A DNA stretch of 64,000 nucleotides from Entomortierella parvispora E1425. Lineage: Eukaryota; Fungi; Mortierellomycota. The stretch lies in NCBI GenBank assembly GCA_020891255.1, contig BQFW01000015.1, positions 2,542,001 to 2,606,000 on the forward strand, written 5' to 3'. Both the position numbers and the translations under genes were made by a program. Under the pieces are notes generated by a model. That model was not told where the DNA came from and did not search any database. It was given only the letters and a program-made list of their open reading frames with translations. How positions within the stretch are numbered: the first letter of the stretch is position 1; every line of letters starts with the position of its first letter. Below are positions 24,113-37,033 of this stretch, piece by piece.

Positions 24113-25337
24113 AATAAAGGATTTTATTTTGCACATGGAACTGGGCACCTGAAGAGGGTGAAGGTCCGCACTTCGAAAGAGGACAAATACACCTGCTCAC
24201 TCCAAGTACGTTCGAGGCTCATGGATTTGGACCTCCCCAGATTGCATGTCGACGCAGGAGGTTATTAACACCGCCCACTAGTCGTACATCATTATCCTCC
24301 TAGCGCTGTAATGGTCAGCCGCCTGCACTGTACAGGGGTTCAGGGTCTTCCAACCTGCCATAGGGCTCATTGTTCAATATGAGCAGCGTGTCTCTTTCCT
24401 TCATGATGGCCACGATGGCCACGCTATGCCTTTCGACAGCGTCCTGAACCACGGAATGGTTCAGCTTAATGATGCATCCCGCGGTGTGGCCCGCCAGAAT
24501 GGGGTTGCCGACTGGGGTCTTCTGTGATCTCTTGCCCCCGAGTCTCCAGTTGAAGCATCGAATGCAACTTCCTCAGATCTCAGGAGACCTGGCTTTCATC
24601 CTTACTGGTGAGGAGAAGAGCCTTCTCCAACTCACCTTGCATGAGACCTTTGTTCTCATACAAGGTAGAAAACATTGCGGCCAAGATGTCGATCCCGCTT
24701 TCTTCCTTCTTCAAATAGTGTCCGTGGAGTGTTCGGAGTGTTGACCGGTAAAAGGTCCTTGTCCGTGCCACCGCTATGCAGCGTATATTACTCCGGCGTA
24801 TTCGGATGCTCTTCGGGCGACTTTTTATTCGTTAAAAAAAGCGTAGTGCTGAGGAGGGTGCATCTCCTATGGCGAACTGTGAGAGAGGTCAAAAGGGGTG
24901 AGAAGGCTGCACAGCAAAGTCGTAGTAAGGGGCAGGTTGTTGATATACAGAAGAAGGACTAACGTACCAAAGGCACCTCTTTTTGGCTCCTTTCTTAAGG
25001 AAAAAAAGACGCGCTGTGCTCTCGTGCAAAGAAGACGGAGTTTCTTCTACAAGCGGCGTCCTTCCATCCTGGCCTCGATGTGATCGCGTCAACCTTCGGC
25101 CATCACGGAGGACACTGCCTGCAAACATCAATTGCTGTTGGGTCCAATATCCTCCACCCCTTGTTTCTTCAAGCTGAACGCGTCAAAAAGACTGCGCCTG
25201 CAAGCAAAACAACAAAACAGGGGCAAACCCCATCACGTGCACTCACCCATGGCCCATTGGAGTGGAATCAAAACGCGTCTCATGTCAAACGACATTTCCC
25301 TCTTCATCGCACTTCCTTGCTGCCCCCACACACATCA

Positions 25338-26583
25338 ATGCCCCCCAAAAAAGATGCCAAACGCAAACGCTCAGGTCGGAGGTACTGTGATGTGTTTCAC
25401 CGTTTCTCCGATCGGCAGCGAGAGATTCTAATCGAATTCATGCGGGTGCCTGAAAACTTCATGTCCCTCCATGTCCCAGGACAAACAAAGATTGCAGCCG
25501 ACAGCAAGTCGCGCTCGCGAGCATTTCAGAAAATGGCTAATTACCTTAAAGCGCAACTAGAGGCTCAACCCGGGTTGATTGGCAATCTTGAATTGGATTC
25601 CATCACTGCGTACATGGTTGATCGTCGCTGGTCAAAAATGGTGGCAAACTACAAAACGAAGCTGGAGGAGCCCGGCAGCGAAAGTCAGAAACACCTCCAG
25701 AAACATTACACGGAATTAAGCGACTTGTTTCGCGTCAACTCCAATAATGGTCCTATTGCCTCAACTTCCACTGACGCGCCTTCGGGTACAAGGTAACAGC
25801 ATGACTCTTGTTCAAGCTGATGATCGTGACGATTGACAGCGATTGTATTTATTTTTTAAAAAAACAAAAAGGAAATCTTCACGATATAGTCGGGCTGAAG
25901 TCTTGTCTCCATCCTCAAAAGACGTGCACGACAAGGAATATATAGAACTGAGCGACAATGAAGAAGAAGAAGAAGAAGAAGAAGAGCTTGAGACTGAACC
26001 CTTGGAGCGACATCGCGCTGGCAATAAGCGTCTGGCCGTTGACTTATTCTCAAAGCTCTCTGACGAAGTCGAAAGACCCATGCCCGAAATAAGGGCATCT
26101 TTACACTCAAATCCTCCCGTCGTCAAGCAAGCAAAGGCCCGTGGCAATGAAGATGCGTCCGACACCAGAAAGAGCAATGGCAGAGAGACAGCCAGCATTC
26201 GATCAACCTTGGCGGCAATGGGCCAGTCATTCTCTTCATCGGCGCAATCGATCCCAGCCGACGAAGAAGAGCCTGTCATTGTATTGAGTCGTGATGAAAC
26301 GGATCAATCCGTTGCCCTCTCAAGACAATTTTCCACTCTCAACTACGGCTTCAAATTTCTGCCAACAAAAGAAGTCTTGGAATCTCAGGAAAGGATGCAA
26401 AGATTACAAATGCAACACGAAAAGGACATGCTGAGAATGAGACTTCACGGACAGAGAGCGGAACTTGACGCACAGAAAGAGATGAAAAAGATGGATTTGC
26501 AAATTGCCTTTGCTGCTGCTACCAAAGAGAATCAGCGAGAAATTATCAAAAAAGTGTGGGGAGATCAAGAGAAGGAAAAGTGA
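25338..26583 (+). CDS. Myb/SANT-like (MADF/trihelix-type) DNA-binding protein with acidic linker and C-terminal coiled coil; intron 25793-25889
   Basis: Basic MPPKKDAKRKRS, helices FSDRQREILIEFM / FQKMANYL / VDRRWSKMVANYK; AG|gtaac..tag|T joins the two ORFs in frame. Confidence 0.6.
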
Positions 26584-29158
26584 ATAAAATTTGAGCGATG
26601 TGCCTGTCGTAACTTGGCAAGCATCCCACTCTATCACCAGCAATCCTGTCCAACAATTGGATATGTCAAACCTCTTCTAGGGGGTGTTATGAATTCTAGA
26701 GTTTGGATAACACCTGTGCAGGTGGATGAGTATCATATTTTGATTGACCAATCTACGTGCTGAAGCAAGCAAGAAAAAAAAGGCCCAGGGAAACAGAGAG
26801 CAGCTCTCTGGGTGGACGGTCAGTGTGAAGCAGCGGCAGAGGAACAAAAACGACGACAAATACAGTACGTCTGTCAACTCGGCAAAAAAAATGTTTGTGG
26901 TTGAAGCACAAAACAAGGCGGTCGACTGACATGTTTTGTCTGCCCCATGCGAGAGTTTTTCCTGGGGGAGGAGGGCGTTGTGCAATTGAAATGACAAGAA
27001 TACCGTTATATCTGATAACATATTTTTGTTTTGAAATGAGTAAAGAGCTCTTCAGTTCCTGATGATACGGCTATGTTTGTAAAAGTGGCCAACCAAGGCA
27101 GAGGGCCCATGATGTCGGTGTGAAGGAAAGAAAAAGGAACATGCACACAAAGGAAGGAGTCGCCACAGCACTCAAGAAGAGGATCTGTCCACACCAGGCG
27201 CTTGTGCCATCCTTGCATCACATACATCTGTGAGCAAATTGAGGACGACAACCACCCTACCCCTGCAGTCACTTTTTACTTTTTTCTGGCCATGAAGAGC
27301 GGACACGAAAGAGGGAGCACACACCCTCGATGGTGTGATCAGCAAGGAGGCGCGAACCTGTGCCATTGAGTTTGCCTCGCAGCGACAGAGCGAGGTCTGT
27401 CGACAAAGCGGGAAGAGACGGGGACCTGATCCCGGACCCACATGGGTTATTGATCTTCAGAGGAATCGTGACCTCTTTCCTGTCTGCAACTGCGACTTTG
27501 TGCAAAGCCCGGACAATGAGCCGGTTTGAGAGATGTATTTTGACAAACATAAAAATAAAAAGGTCTTCAGCACCGTGGCTTCGCCTTCTAACATGAACGA
27601 GAGAACGCCCACACCGCAAGACTCGTTTGTTGAAAGAGAGCAAGGCGAACACTGGCCATTGGAGGCTCGCCGCTCACTCTGAATTGTAAATGCCCACCCC
27701 CGTTCGCCCTGCCTTCTTCTGGTCCCCCCCGCCCACACCTCCCTCTGAGGTGCAATGGAGATAGGGCTTGTGTTCAAAAGGCACTAGGATGGTTCTTCCG
27801 TGTCCAATGTGCACGCAGGGCTCCTTCCTCTTCAGAAATGAAAGTCAAAGAACAAAAACAATCTAAACTTTCAAGGCGGTCGAGGCCTGTCCATTTCTCG
27901 GGGAAGGGCGTGACGAGCCCTTTTCCCCTTCCCACCTGGAATGCACCATCCTCCAGCTCTCTTAGCTTTATCCCAATTCCGAGTCGTTCACTCTGGATCC
28001 AAAGACCAGTCGATATTATTTTGTTGTTTGTTCACTTTTATTCTCGTTCCACACGGCCTGGTATTGTCCACACAGGGTCAATAGACAGCAACACCCTGAG
28101 CAATTGTATCTCGGCGTTTGCCTTTACCAGAAGTGTACAAATCAGAACTAGGTAAATTTTGAGGGTGGTCGTTGTGACTCCAAGATTGAGCATGGTCCGG
28201 TCCCCAATGTACTCCATGTTGTGCGTGTGCGAGTGAGAGAAAGAGTGGGTCAGGTCAGGTCCAGGTGCGTTTCATTCCCCTTTCAAGCTTTGTGCGACCC
28301 AGCACACATAGTGAAGAGGATGGACAGATGCACAAAGAAAAATGGTCTGATTGCACCTTTTTTTTTGTTGTAAGTGACCCCCGATCAATCGTCCCTTGGA
28401 CATGTCTTGACAGGGCAAGCAAAGAAGGTAAGCATGACTTTGTTGAAATAACCACACCGAGTCGTCCTTGGAAACCAAAAAAAAAAAGATAATAATGAAC
28501 ACATGGGCCACCCGACTCCCTACGGTCAGCACCTCTCAAGAATGAAAACGTCGATAGAAAGCCAAAAGTGGACAAACATTGGCTCCTCTGTCCTTGCCTT
28601 TTCACTCAGTCCTTTCTATTCATTTAGCTTGATCCAATTGAAGCGACAACATTTGCCTCTCGGGAAGCTGCAGCAGTGTTGCACCTCTTCTTCTTCCTCC
28701 CCTTTTGTTCGCTTCCTGTTTCTCGCACTGTCCTCTGGGTACAGAGTGAGAAGCACAAAAGCTCTCCTTCGCCTTTTCCTTGCTCTCTCGCCATTGTCCT
28801 TCTCGCGAAACACAATCATTTTGTATTCATTTTGACCCTATCCATTCATAATTTTTCGTCCCCTCTTTTCTTACCGCCCGTTGATCCATAGGTCCTTTCC
28901 AACTCGTGGCCTTTCTCTTTTTTCCCTTTCTCTCCTTCTTTAACTCACAGTCTGCACTCATTCATATAAAACACAGCTTCCACCCTCTATCGCATCGACC
29001 AGCGAACCATCATCCTCAACCTTTTTGCCTTTTGTCTCTCCTACACTTTAATTTCGAACCAAGTCTAACAACACCACGCGACACAAAACCCAAAGATCGA
29101 TCTTCACTCTACCTCTTTTTGTTTCCGTCCCTTTTTTCTCATATACAACAGCAAGCAA

Positions 29159-30729
29159 ATGGCACCACAACCTGAACTGACGGAATCGGAGACACAACTG
29201 TTCGAGGCCTACCACCGGGTCCTGAATGAGCCTTTCGCAGAAAAATACGAAGATCTATGGGAGGACGAGCCATTCGATCGAGCGGTGGAAGAATTCAAGG
29301 CACTCTCAGAGGAACTGGGCTTTCCCGATCCGTTCAAGGTCCTTGGTCAGTTCCGAATCACATCCTATGAACAGGCTCGGGAAGATCTAAAACGCGGCCC
29401 TCCCATGTGTTTCCGTCCTGGCTGGAGGAGTCCCCTGTTGGGCGAACGAGTCGATCCATTGACCTTGGTCCAGAAATGCAGACACGTTTCGGGTCCGGTA
29501 TTCCAAGGCACCCAGAGAGTCGTGGTCCTTGATTTTTGGGCATCCTGGTAAGTTTCAGTCCATTTTTTTTTTTTTTTTTTTTTTTTGGAAAGGGAAGATA
29601 AGAAACTTTTTTCTTCTTTCAAATGTTCCGAGGACCTTTGTCCCAACGGAAAGAGGAAAAAAAGACGGACACTTTTTTTTTATTTCCAACAAAAAGCTCT
29701 CAAAACGAAAGAAGAAACAAAAAAATGGTGTTATTGATCGCGTCTTTTTTTTTTCCTCTCCTTCTGCCCACCCTCGCTCTGTCTCTCTGTTTGCACGAAC
29801 CCATCGGCGGCCTTCTTGGACCTTGGACTTGGACCCGTCTGTTTCAATTGATTCAATTTCTCTCACGCGCCCTTATTTTCCTTCAACGTTGTTTGTTCCG
29901 CGTAATCTCCTCCCATTGCGTGATGGGTGACATGTGTGTTCTTTTGGACTGAACAACATGTATCCCGGCGAACCAACCAAAATCCGACCCTTTTTTTTCT
30001 TCTTTGTGCGCATGCGCTCACAACAACCAAACAAACAAAAAAAAAAAAAAAAAAAAAAAAACTTGGCCGGCAACGAAAACAGGTGTGGTCCCTGTGAAGA
30101 AGCCGGACCTGCCCTCTCGGATCTCGCGGACGAGTTTGAAGGACAAGTAGCCGTGGTCGGGATCAACAACGAGAGCATCTTTGGAGAGACCAAGGAGGCC
30201 AATGTGGAAAGATTGGTTGATTTCTTGGAGGAACATCGGGGTGGATTCCGCTACACGATCTACATTGACACAGACGATGGCTTTGCGAAAGAATGTAAGT
30301 TCCCTCCTCTTTATTCTTATTTTGAATCAAATAGAGAGCAAACTGTCGTCAATTGAGGGTGAAGAACGAAAACACGACAGAAAAACAAGGTTGCATGAGG
30401 AAAGCGTGTGGCCCGGCCACGAGTTCGTGCATGCTGTGACATGCCCGCCTTCTTTGACCTCAGTGCAAAGAGAACCAACACAGCAGTTTGAGACCACCTT
30501 AAATGCTCGCATGCCCTGGTGAACGTGAACTGACAATGCTGCCTTCGTCTCTTCTTCCCCCCCTTTTTCCATAGCGGTATACAAACCAGCAGGGTACAGA
30601 GGAATCCCGTGCTTAGTGCTCGTTGTTGATGGCGAGGTCATCTATGTCGGGTCGCCGCAAGATGGATTCAGAGAGACGTTGGAGAAGGCTCTAGAGCTAA
30701 TTGCAAACGAGTCAGCATTGGAAGAATAA
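29159..30729 (+). CDS. TlpA/ResA-like thioredoxin-fold redoxin A (exons 29159-29547, 30083-30294, 30575-30729)
   Basis: VVLDFWASW|CGPC across intron 1, VAVVGIN, RYTIYID, GIPCLVLV. Confidence 0.88.
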
Positions 30730-31031
30730 GGAAAAGGGCACGAGACGATGACGAGGTGCACGATCATATCAATAAAGATCCAGTTCAACAACAACACGTT
30801 CGATGAGGAATGCAAGTCGAGTCATCACATTGTTGGTGGCAAAACAAAAGACAAAAAAAAAGGAAAAAAGGAGTGCAGGGAAATAGGAGTCCTGAAAAGA
30901 GAGATCTCCCTTCGTCCTCTTTGTTCCTCTTCCCTCTTTCCTCTCTTCAACAGATCAGGACACGACTTTGACTTCTTTGTGTGTCAGGAACTCGACATTT
31001 CAGCCCTCGCAGTGCAAATCAAGACTCGACG

Positions 31032-32787
31032 ATGAGGCCATCGGGACCAAAACGGAGTCAGAATACGCTGCTGATCGTCATTGCCATCTTGGTTCTGTAC
31101 ACCGTGGTCGCCACCTATCGACACCATGTCACGAAAGATAGACCCCATCTGATACTTTCCTCAGAACTGGATGGGACCCTGGACAACCCCACCATCGTGC
31201 AGGTTCAGGGTGATCCTGTTATCCGAGGTAGCAGCAACAGTGGTGACCATCATCACCATCACCATCATCATCATCATCACCACAAGAAGCAAGGGGTCGC
31301 GCTACAGGACTCAATGGAGTTCAACCAAGATGCACCTCAGCAGAAGCACGTGCTGGTTCCATATCCGATGCCACCAAAGGTATCAAGCCGGAAAGCCAAT
31401 GCGGCGTTTGTTATGTTGGTACGAGAACGAGATCTACATAGCGCTCGACAGACCGTACGGGAGATTGAGGATCGCTTCAATCGGAATTACGAGTATCCTT
31501 ATGTGTTTTTGAACGAGATTCCGTTTACAGAGACCTTTGAGCGGACAATGCGATCAGCGAGCAAAGCCCAGATGACGTTTGGAACGATTCCAAAAGACCA
31601 CTGGAGCTATCCAAGCTGGATCTCACAGGAACAGGCCAAGAGGGCGAGGCACAAGATGAGGGAGGTCATCTATGGGTGGAGTGAGAGCTACCGCCACATG
31701 TGCAGGTGAGTACAGGGCAACACAGCTTCAAGAAGGAGAGAAGGGGGAGGGATCTGAAATTAACCTTTTTTTGCTTCTTTCTTTGCCCTGTTGGTCCCTG
31801 CGAACAACTGCATCCATCAGATACCAGTCCGGCTTCTTTTTCCAACATGAAGCGCTTTTGCCATTCGACTACTACTGGCGTTTAGAACCGGATGTCAAGT
31901 ACTCTTGCGACATTGATTTTGACCCGTTCTTGTACATGCAGGACAACAACAAAAAATACGGTAAGGATGAGGATGTCTGGACCGATTCGGCCGGATCATT
32001 TTTTGATTGGGATCTGACTAAAAGATCAATATCTTTTTTTTTCTCTCCAGGGTTCACGATATCGTTGAAGGAATACGAGGAGACAATACCAACCCTCTGG
32101 AACACGACCAAAGACTTTATGAAGAAGTATCCCCAACTCTTGGCCGAGGACAACCTCCTCTCCTTTATATCCGAAGATAACGGAGAGACCTACAACGTAC
32201 GTGAATAGCGGACTGGGTTCAACTCTGAGAGATACCCATTCCCGTTCCTCGAATCCAAGTTGTTGTATTCATTGTGCTTTTGCTCCATAGGGCTGTCACT
32301 TTTGGTCTAATTTTGAGATTGCGGACGCGCGTTGGTTACGCGGTGAAGGCTACTCAAAGTATTTTGAGCATTTGGACGAGGCAGGAGGGTTCTTTTATGA
32401 AAGATGGGGCGACGCCCCAGTCCATTCCATCGCGGCCGCGTTGATGTTGCGCAAAGATGAGGTCCACTTCTTTCGTGAGATCGGATATTATCACGTTCCG
32501 TTTTTCAACTGTCCTGCTGACCCGGAACTTCAGGCAAAGTGCCATTGCGACCCTGCAAGGAACATGAGTGAGTTTTTCTATCATATGCTGTTGAATGAAA
32601 GGCGCCGTAACATCAACGGAGCAATGGAGCTGAGCAAAACGAGACACAGAAATTGGAGGAACGATGTTAACTCATTTTTTTTTATTCTTTTCAACTTCTA
32701 GATCGCGAGTACCAATCTTGCACCAATCATTTTTTGAATATCGTTGGTGGAAAACCACAAACCTACCCTGAGAATCTGGACGAATGA
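31032..32787 (+). CDS. KRE2: KRE2/MNT1-family alpha-1,2-mannosyltransferase (GT15); exons 31032-31705, 31821-31960, 32051-32196, 32291-32567, 32702-32787
   Basis: N-terminal TM anchor, [77 protein letters not shown]. Confidence 0.93.
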
Positions 32788-33129
32788 CTCGATAATCTTC
32801 AATAAAGCAAAGGAGACACGTCTGCATGAAAACAACACTGATGATAAAGGAAGCAGGAAGTCGACATCCCTCTTTTTTTTTTTTTTTTTTTTTTTTTGAC
32901 TTGCATGCCTTTTTACGTTCTGATATATGATCGCGTCGTTGTTGATTTTTGGTCTCTCCCTTGGTCCGAGACCTCATCTTAGGGGTGCCCAGAGTCGCGT
33001 GCTACGGTGCGAAAGTGAAGGTCGGACGGACAGCGCACCTTGATTCGTTCACAAGTTTTCGTGTTGTGAGCACCAAACAAGTGTCCGGCTGGACACAAAA
33101 CACAGGCAGCAAAAGGAAGGGGCAACGCT

Positions 33130-33980
33130 GATACATGAGAGGAAGCTTGAGCCATCGATAGAGTGAGGAGCACCCCGTCTCTTTGAGAAAGGGTTGGGTT
33201 GAGCGAATTTGTCGGACAGACCATCGACATCACTGGTTAACAAGTGCGATTACATTGCTGGGCCCAAGTTCTCGGGCGAGGATCGAGCGGTGGTCCTTGA
33301 TTACTGGGCGACTTCGAATGTTTTTTTTTTTGGGGGAGGCGGGGGATTTGCTGGATAAACATTCGGGCGCCAGTTGTTGTGCAATTGTCGGTTATTTTCG
33401 ACTGAACCTCCATGTTTTCTTTGTCCTTTTATGCTGGGGGTGATGATCTTTTTATTGACACGTGCAGATATTGCGTCGAAGAAGGATCTATGCTCTTAAA
33501 CGTCGTCGACAAGCATGCCGGCAAGATTGCGGTCATTGGCATCAACAACGACGCGATTTTGGACCAGAGGAACCACATGATGTCGAAGCAGTCAAGACCT
33601 TGGCTGGGAGACCATGCGATACACTGTGGTCGTTGACAGCGCTGATCACTATGTGAAGCAAAGAAGGTCTCGATTGATCGAGCGGATGCGAATGGCCGAA
33701 GAACAAAAAACAAGGTGAAAATGAGGTCTGTCCAACTCTCGATATTCACTCTCGCCTAGATATCTTCGCGAAGGGTGGCTATCAGGCCGTCCCCTGCATG
33801 ATGGTCGTTGGTGATAACGAAGTACAAATTTACCTTCGTGGGCGATATGCAGATCAAGGCTTTTGAGGATGCGTGGGCTGCTGGCATCGAGGCTACTTCA
33901 GGCTCCAAGGAACAGCAGATTGGACGAATCGCAAAGAAAAGCAGAGACTTTGTTCGTGGTCAGTTTGTACAAAACTAGGA
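33130..33980 (+). pseudogene. Decayed third copy of the TlpA-like redoxin
   Basis: Fragments LRKGW / FVGQTID / LVNKCDYIAGPKFSGEDRAVVLDYWATS / CRYC..DKHAGKIAVIGINN / GYQAVPCMMV are homologous to redoxins A and B but separated by frameshifts; intron-1 donor and acceptor mutated. Confidence 0.8.
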
Positions 33981-34697
33981 AGCAGAATGATTCAATGTGG
34001 CGCGAAGGAAGGAACAATCTCGAAGAAAAGATGAGGGGCGGAACGAGAGCCCTTGCAGGGCGAGCGAGCACATGCACAGTGGGAAATCTCGCGCGATGGG
34101 ATTGGTCGGCGCGGAAGGGCGAATGGTCGACTGGAGCATTGTGCTCTCGCAGCTTTGCCCCATCCCCATGACCCTCATTTGCAGAGTTCCTTTTCCTCCT
34201 TGGTCGACAGAGGTGCGGACTCGAGTGAGAGCCAACTTCTTGGTGCCATCTTGGAGACACTGCGGAATTCAGCATGGCTTTTCTTTTTGAGAGCGTCGAC
34301 CGGACCACCTGGAACCTTTTGCAGAAAGCGGGGGTGATGAAGCACTGTTGGGCCAGAGAGGTACTGAGGGCAAACAGATACATTGGGCTTCAGATCAAGA
34401 CGCCTGCACATCGGTATAGAAACCACCAGTGTGGTGGGGGGAGCAAAAGGAGCAATCGTAGGGCGATGGTAGTCTACTTACACAAGCAGAGCCTTTGATG
34501 GTGCGATCGCCCTGCCGTTTGGAGGCTTCTTTAAAAGAGAGCTTCTTCCCCCCCGAGGTTGGTTTCCTTTCTCTCTTTTTCTTTCCTCTCCAATTGAACT
34601 CTTTTCTCCCACTCTTCCTTCTCACAGCCCTCTGCTCTTTTGAGTATATCTTTTCCCACACTTCCCATTCTGTTTTCGCCCCACCACTACAGCAAAT

Positions 34698-35832
34698 ATG
34701 GCCGATACTAACACAGCCGTCCCTAATGACGAGACCCTCGAGCAACTTCTCTGGGGCGCCTATCTCGAGATCCTTCGCACTCCCTTCGCGGATAAATACG
34801 AAGACAAGTGGGAGGAGGAGCCCTACTGGGTTGCTGTCGAAAAGTTCAAGGTCAAGTCCAAGGAGATTGGTGTTGAGGACCCTTTCTCCATCTTGTCCAA
34901 GTTTAACATCGGGTCCTACGAGGTCATTCGTGACAGGCTGAAGGCCGGTCCCCCCGCCTGCTTCCGTGAGGGATGGACGAGTCCCAAGATTGGTGAAAAG
35001 TTTGATGCTTTGGCCACCATTGAGCATTTAGAACACGTCAATGGCCCCAAGTTCTTTGGTCTCGAAAAGATTGTCGCCCTTGACTTCTGGGCTACTTGGT
35101 AAGTCTTAAAAGATATCAACGGATAATTATCTTTCTCTTCCTTCGATCCTGAATGGGAGCGTCGCCCTTATTTTTTTTTCTCCGTGCCACGTGTTAGGCT
35201 AACGCGTTTCCTTCCTCTCAATTGCCTCCACTTGATTTGTTTGACCTCCACAAAGGTGCGGACCTTGTGTGTCTGCTGCACCTGAACTGTCCAACCTGGC
35301 AGAGAAGCACACTGGCAAGGTTGCGATTGTCGGCATCAACAACGAGGCCATGTTCAGACCCAAGGACCATGATGTCGAGCACGTCAAGAAGTTCCTGGAG
35401 GAAAAGAAGGACGATTTCCGTTACACGGTCTACGTCGATACCCCCGAGGGCCATGCCAGAGATAGTAAGTCGATTGGCGAGCTTTCCCAGTTTTTTTTTC
35501 TTTCTTGATGGACGGAAGAACGGTTCCATATTTGGGCCAATTTGGTGATCCCTGCGCGAGCTTCATTTGGTGCTCATGGCTGACAACAACTGTTTGTTCT
35601 TTTCTTCTTCCTTGCAGCCGTCTACAAGACTTGTGAGTACAAGGCCATCCCCTGTGTGGTCTTGTTGGTCGACAACGTGGTCACGTACGTTGGAAACCCC
35701 AGAGAGCCATTCATCGCTGCTCTGGAGTTGGCGCTGAAGCAGCAGGAGGAGGCATCTGGCCAGGTCAAGGTGGAGGAGAAGGCCGCTGCTCTCGAAACCC
35801 CCACTGAGGAGGTTACTGCCAAGGAAGCTTAA
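34698..35832 (+). CDS. TlpA/ResA-like redoxin B (exons 34698-35098, 35256-35464, 35618-35832)
   Basis: ALDFWATW|CGPC, VAIVGINNE, RYTVYVD, AIPCVVLL; same two intron positions as redoxin A. Confidence 0.9.
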
Positions 35833-37001
35833 CAGAGACATGTAGCCATTCTCTCCACATTTCTCCAAACCAAACCAAAAAATAAAAAAAAAAGTTGTTG
35901 ATACCCGTTTCATTGCCACTCAGTCTCCTCCACCCAACCTTCTTTTTCCAACCCTATGAACACAGGGAGATTGAGGCTGTCGTATCTTGTCCATATTCGT
36001 ACTTTCATCTATAGCTCGTCCTCCTTTTGTTCTACAGAGCCTGAGCACAATGGAAGATTTCAAGCCTAGCTAGTTGTTCCTTTATTTGTCAATGTGCAAA
36101 GAACTACAGACCATTATCCCACTTTTGGATTGACTGTATCTTTCTTTTGCTTGACAAGAACAAGTTCAACAGGATGCGCTAACAAACAGTCAAGAGTCAA
36201 TAGGTACTGTAGGTCTTTTGCTCAGGCTGCCATCTATGACCTTTACTGGATGAGATCCGAGGGAGGGATGAACGTGAAATCATGAGGGCAAGTAGAAGAG
36301 TCAGAGAAGTGATAGGGCCCCATGGCTGTCCACAGCACGGCGAAAGAGAAGGTCACAGAGACCTCGGCACGCAGACAGATGCAAGGATCAAAACATGGCT
36401 AATTTAGCGCGTGCAAGGTGACATGTCGATGAGTAGCGACTGGTAGAAAGAACCAGTACTTGAAGAGTGAGAAGAGTTGGGAAGGTGCTAAGAGGAACAA
36501 AGAGGAGGCTTCGCAAGCTGCTTTCATATGACACGCAAAGCATGCGGACAATACCTGGAACCACACGCAGGACATTCTCACGAAGATGCATGCCTTGCAT
36601 CCATCTTTGCAAAGTTGAACCATTGTGCTCAAGTTCAGGACGGGCCAACTTGGACCAGGTGAAGACGAAAGGTAGAGAAGGGCGTGGCAATCAGGAGGAC
36701 AATCCATGGGTATGAAGCATGATGCAACTTGTCTTGACCCATCAGTGGCCGAGTATACGAGTAGACGTGGAAACTAATAGAATGACAAAGATGAGACGCG
36801 TTGTGTGGAGAAGGTGACAGAGTGAGGAAGGCATCCGCACTCAAACCCGTTTATCATTTGCATTTCACGTGCGAGCGAGCAGAGCAGAGACAGCGGGGAC
36901 ATGTTCCAACAGCCAAAAAAAAAAAAAAAAAAGCCAACATTCCCGTCAGAGACGGTTGAGTGCAGCGGATCAAGGGGCGGTCGACTCTTTGACTCCGAGG
37001 G

Positions 37002-37033
<32 letters not shown>

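Noticed and set aside
24130-24960. Broken minus-strand frames as a Harbinger or other transposase
   Set aside because: No DDE motifs or recognisable domain; not annotated as a feature.
26640-28900. Many short ORFs between the MADF-like gene and redoxin A
   Set aside because: No recognisable motifs or consistent splice model; treated as non-coding.
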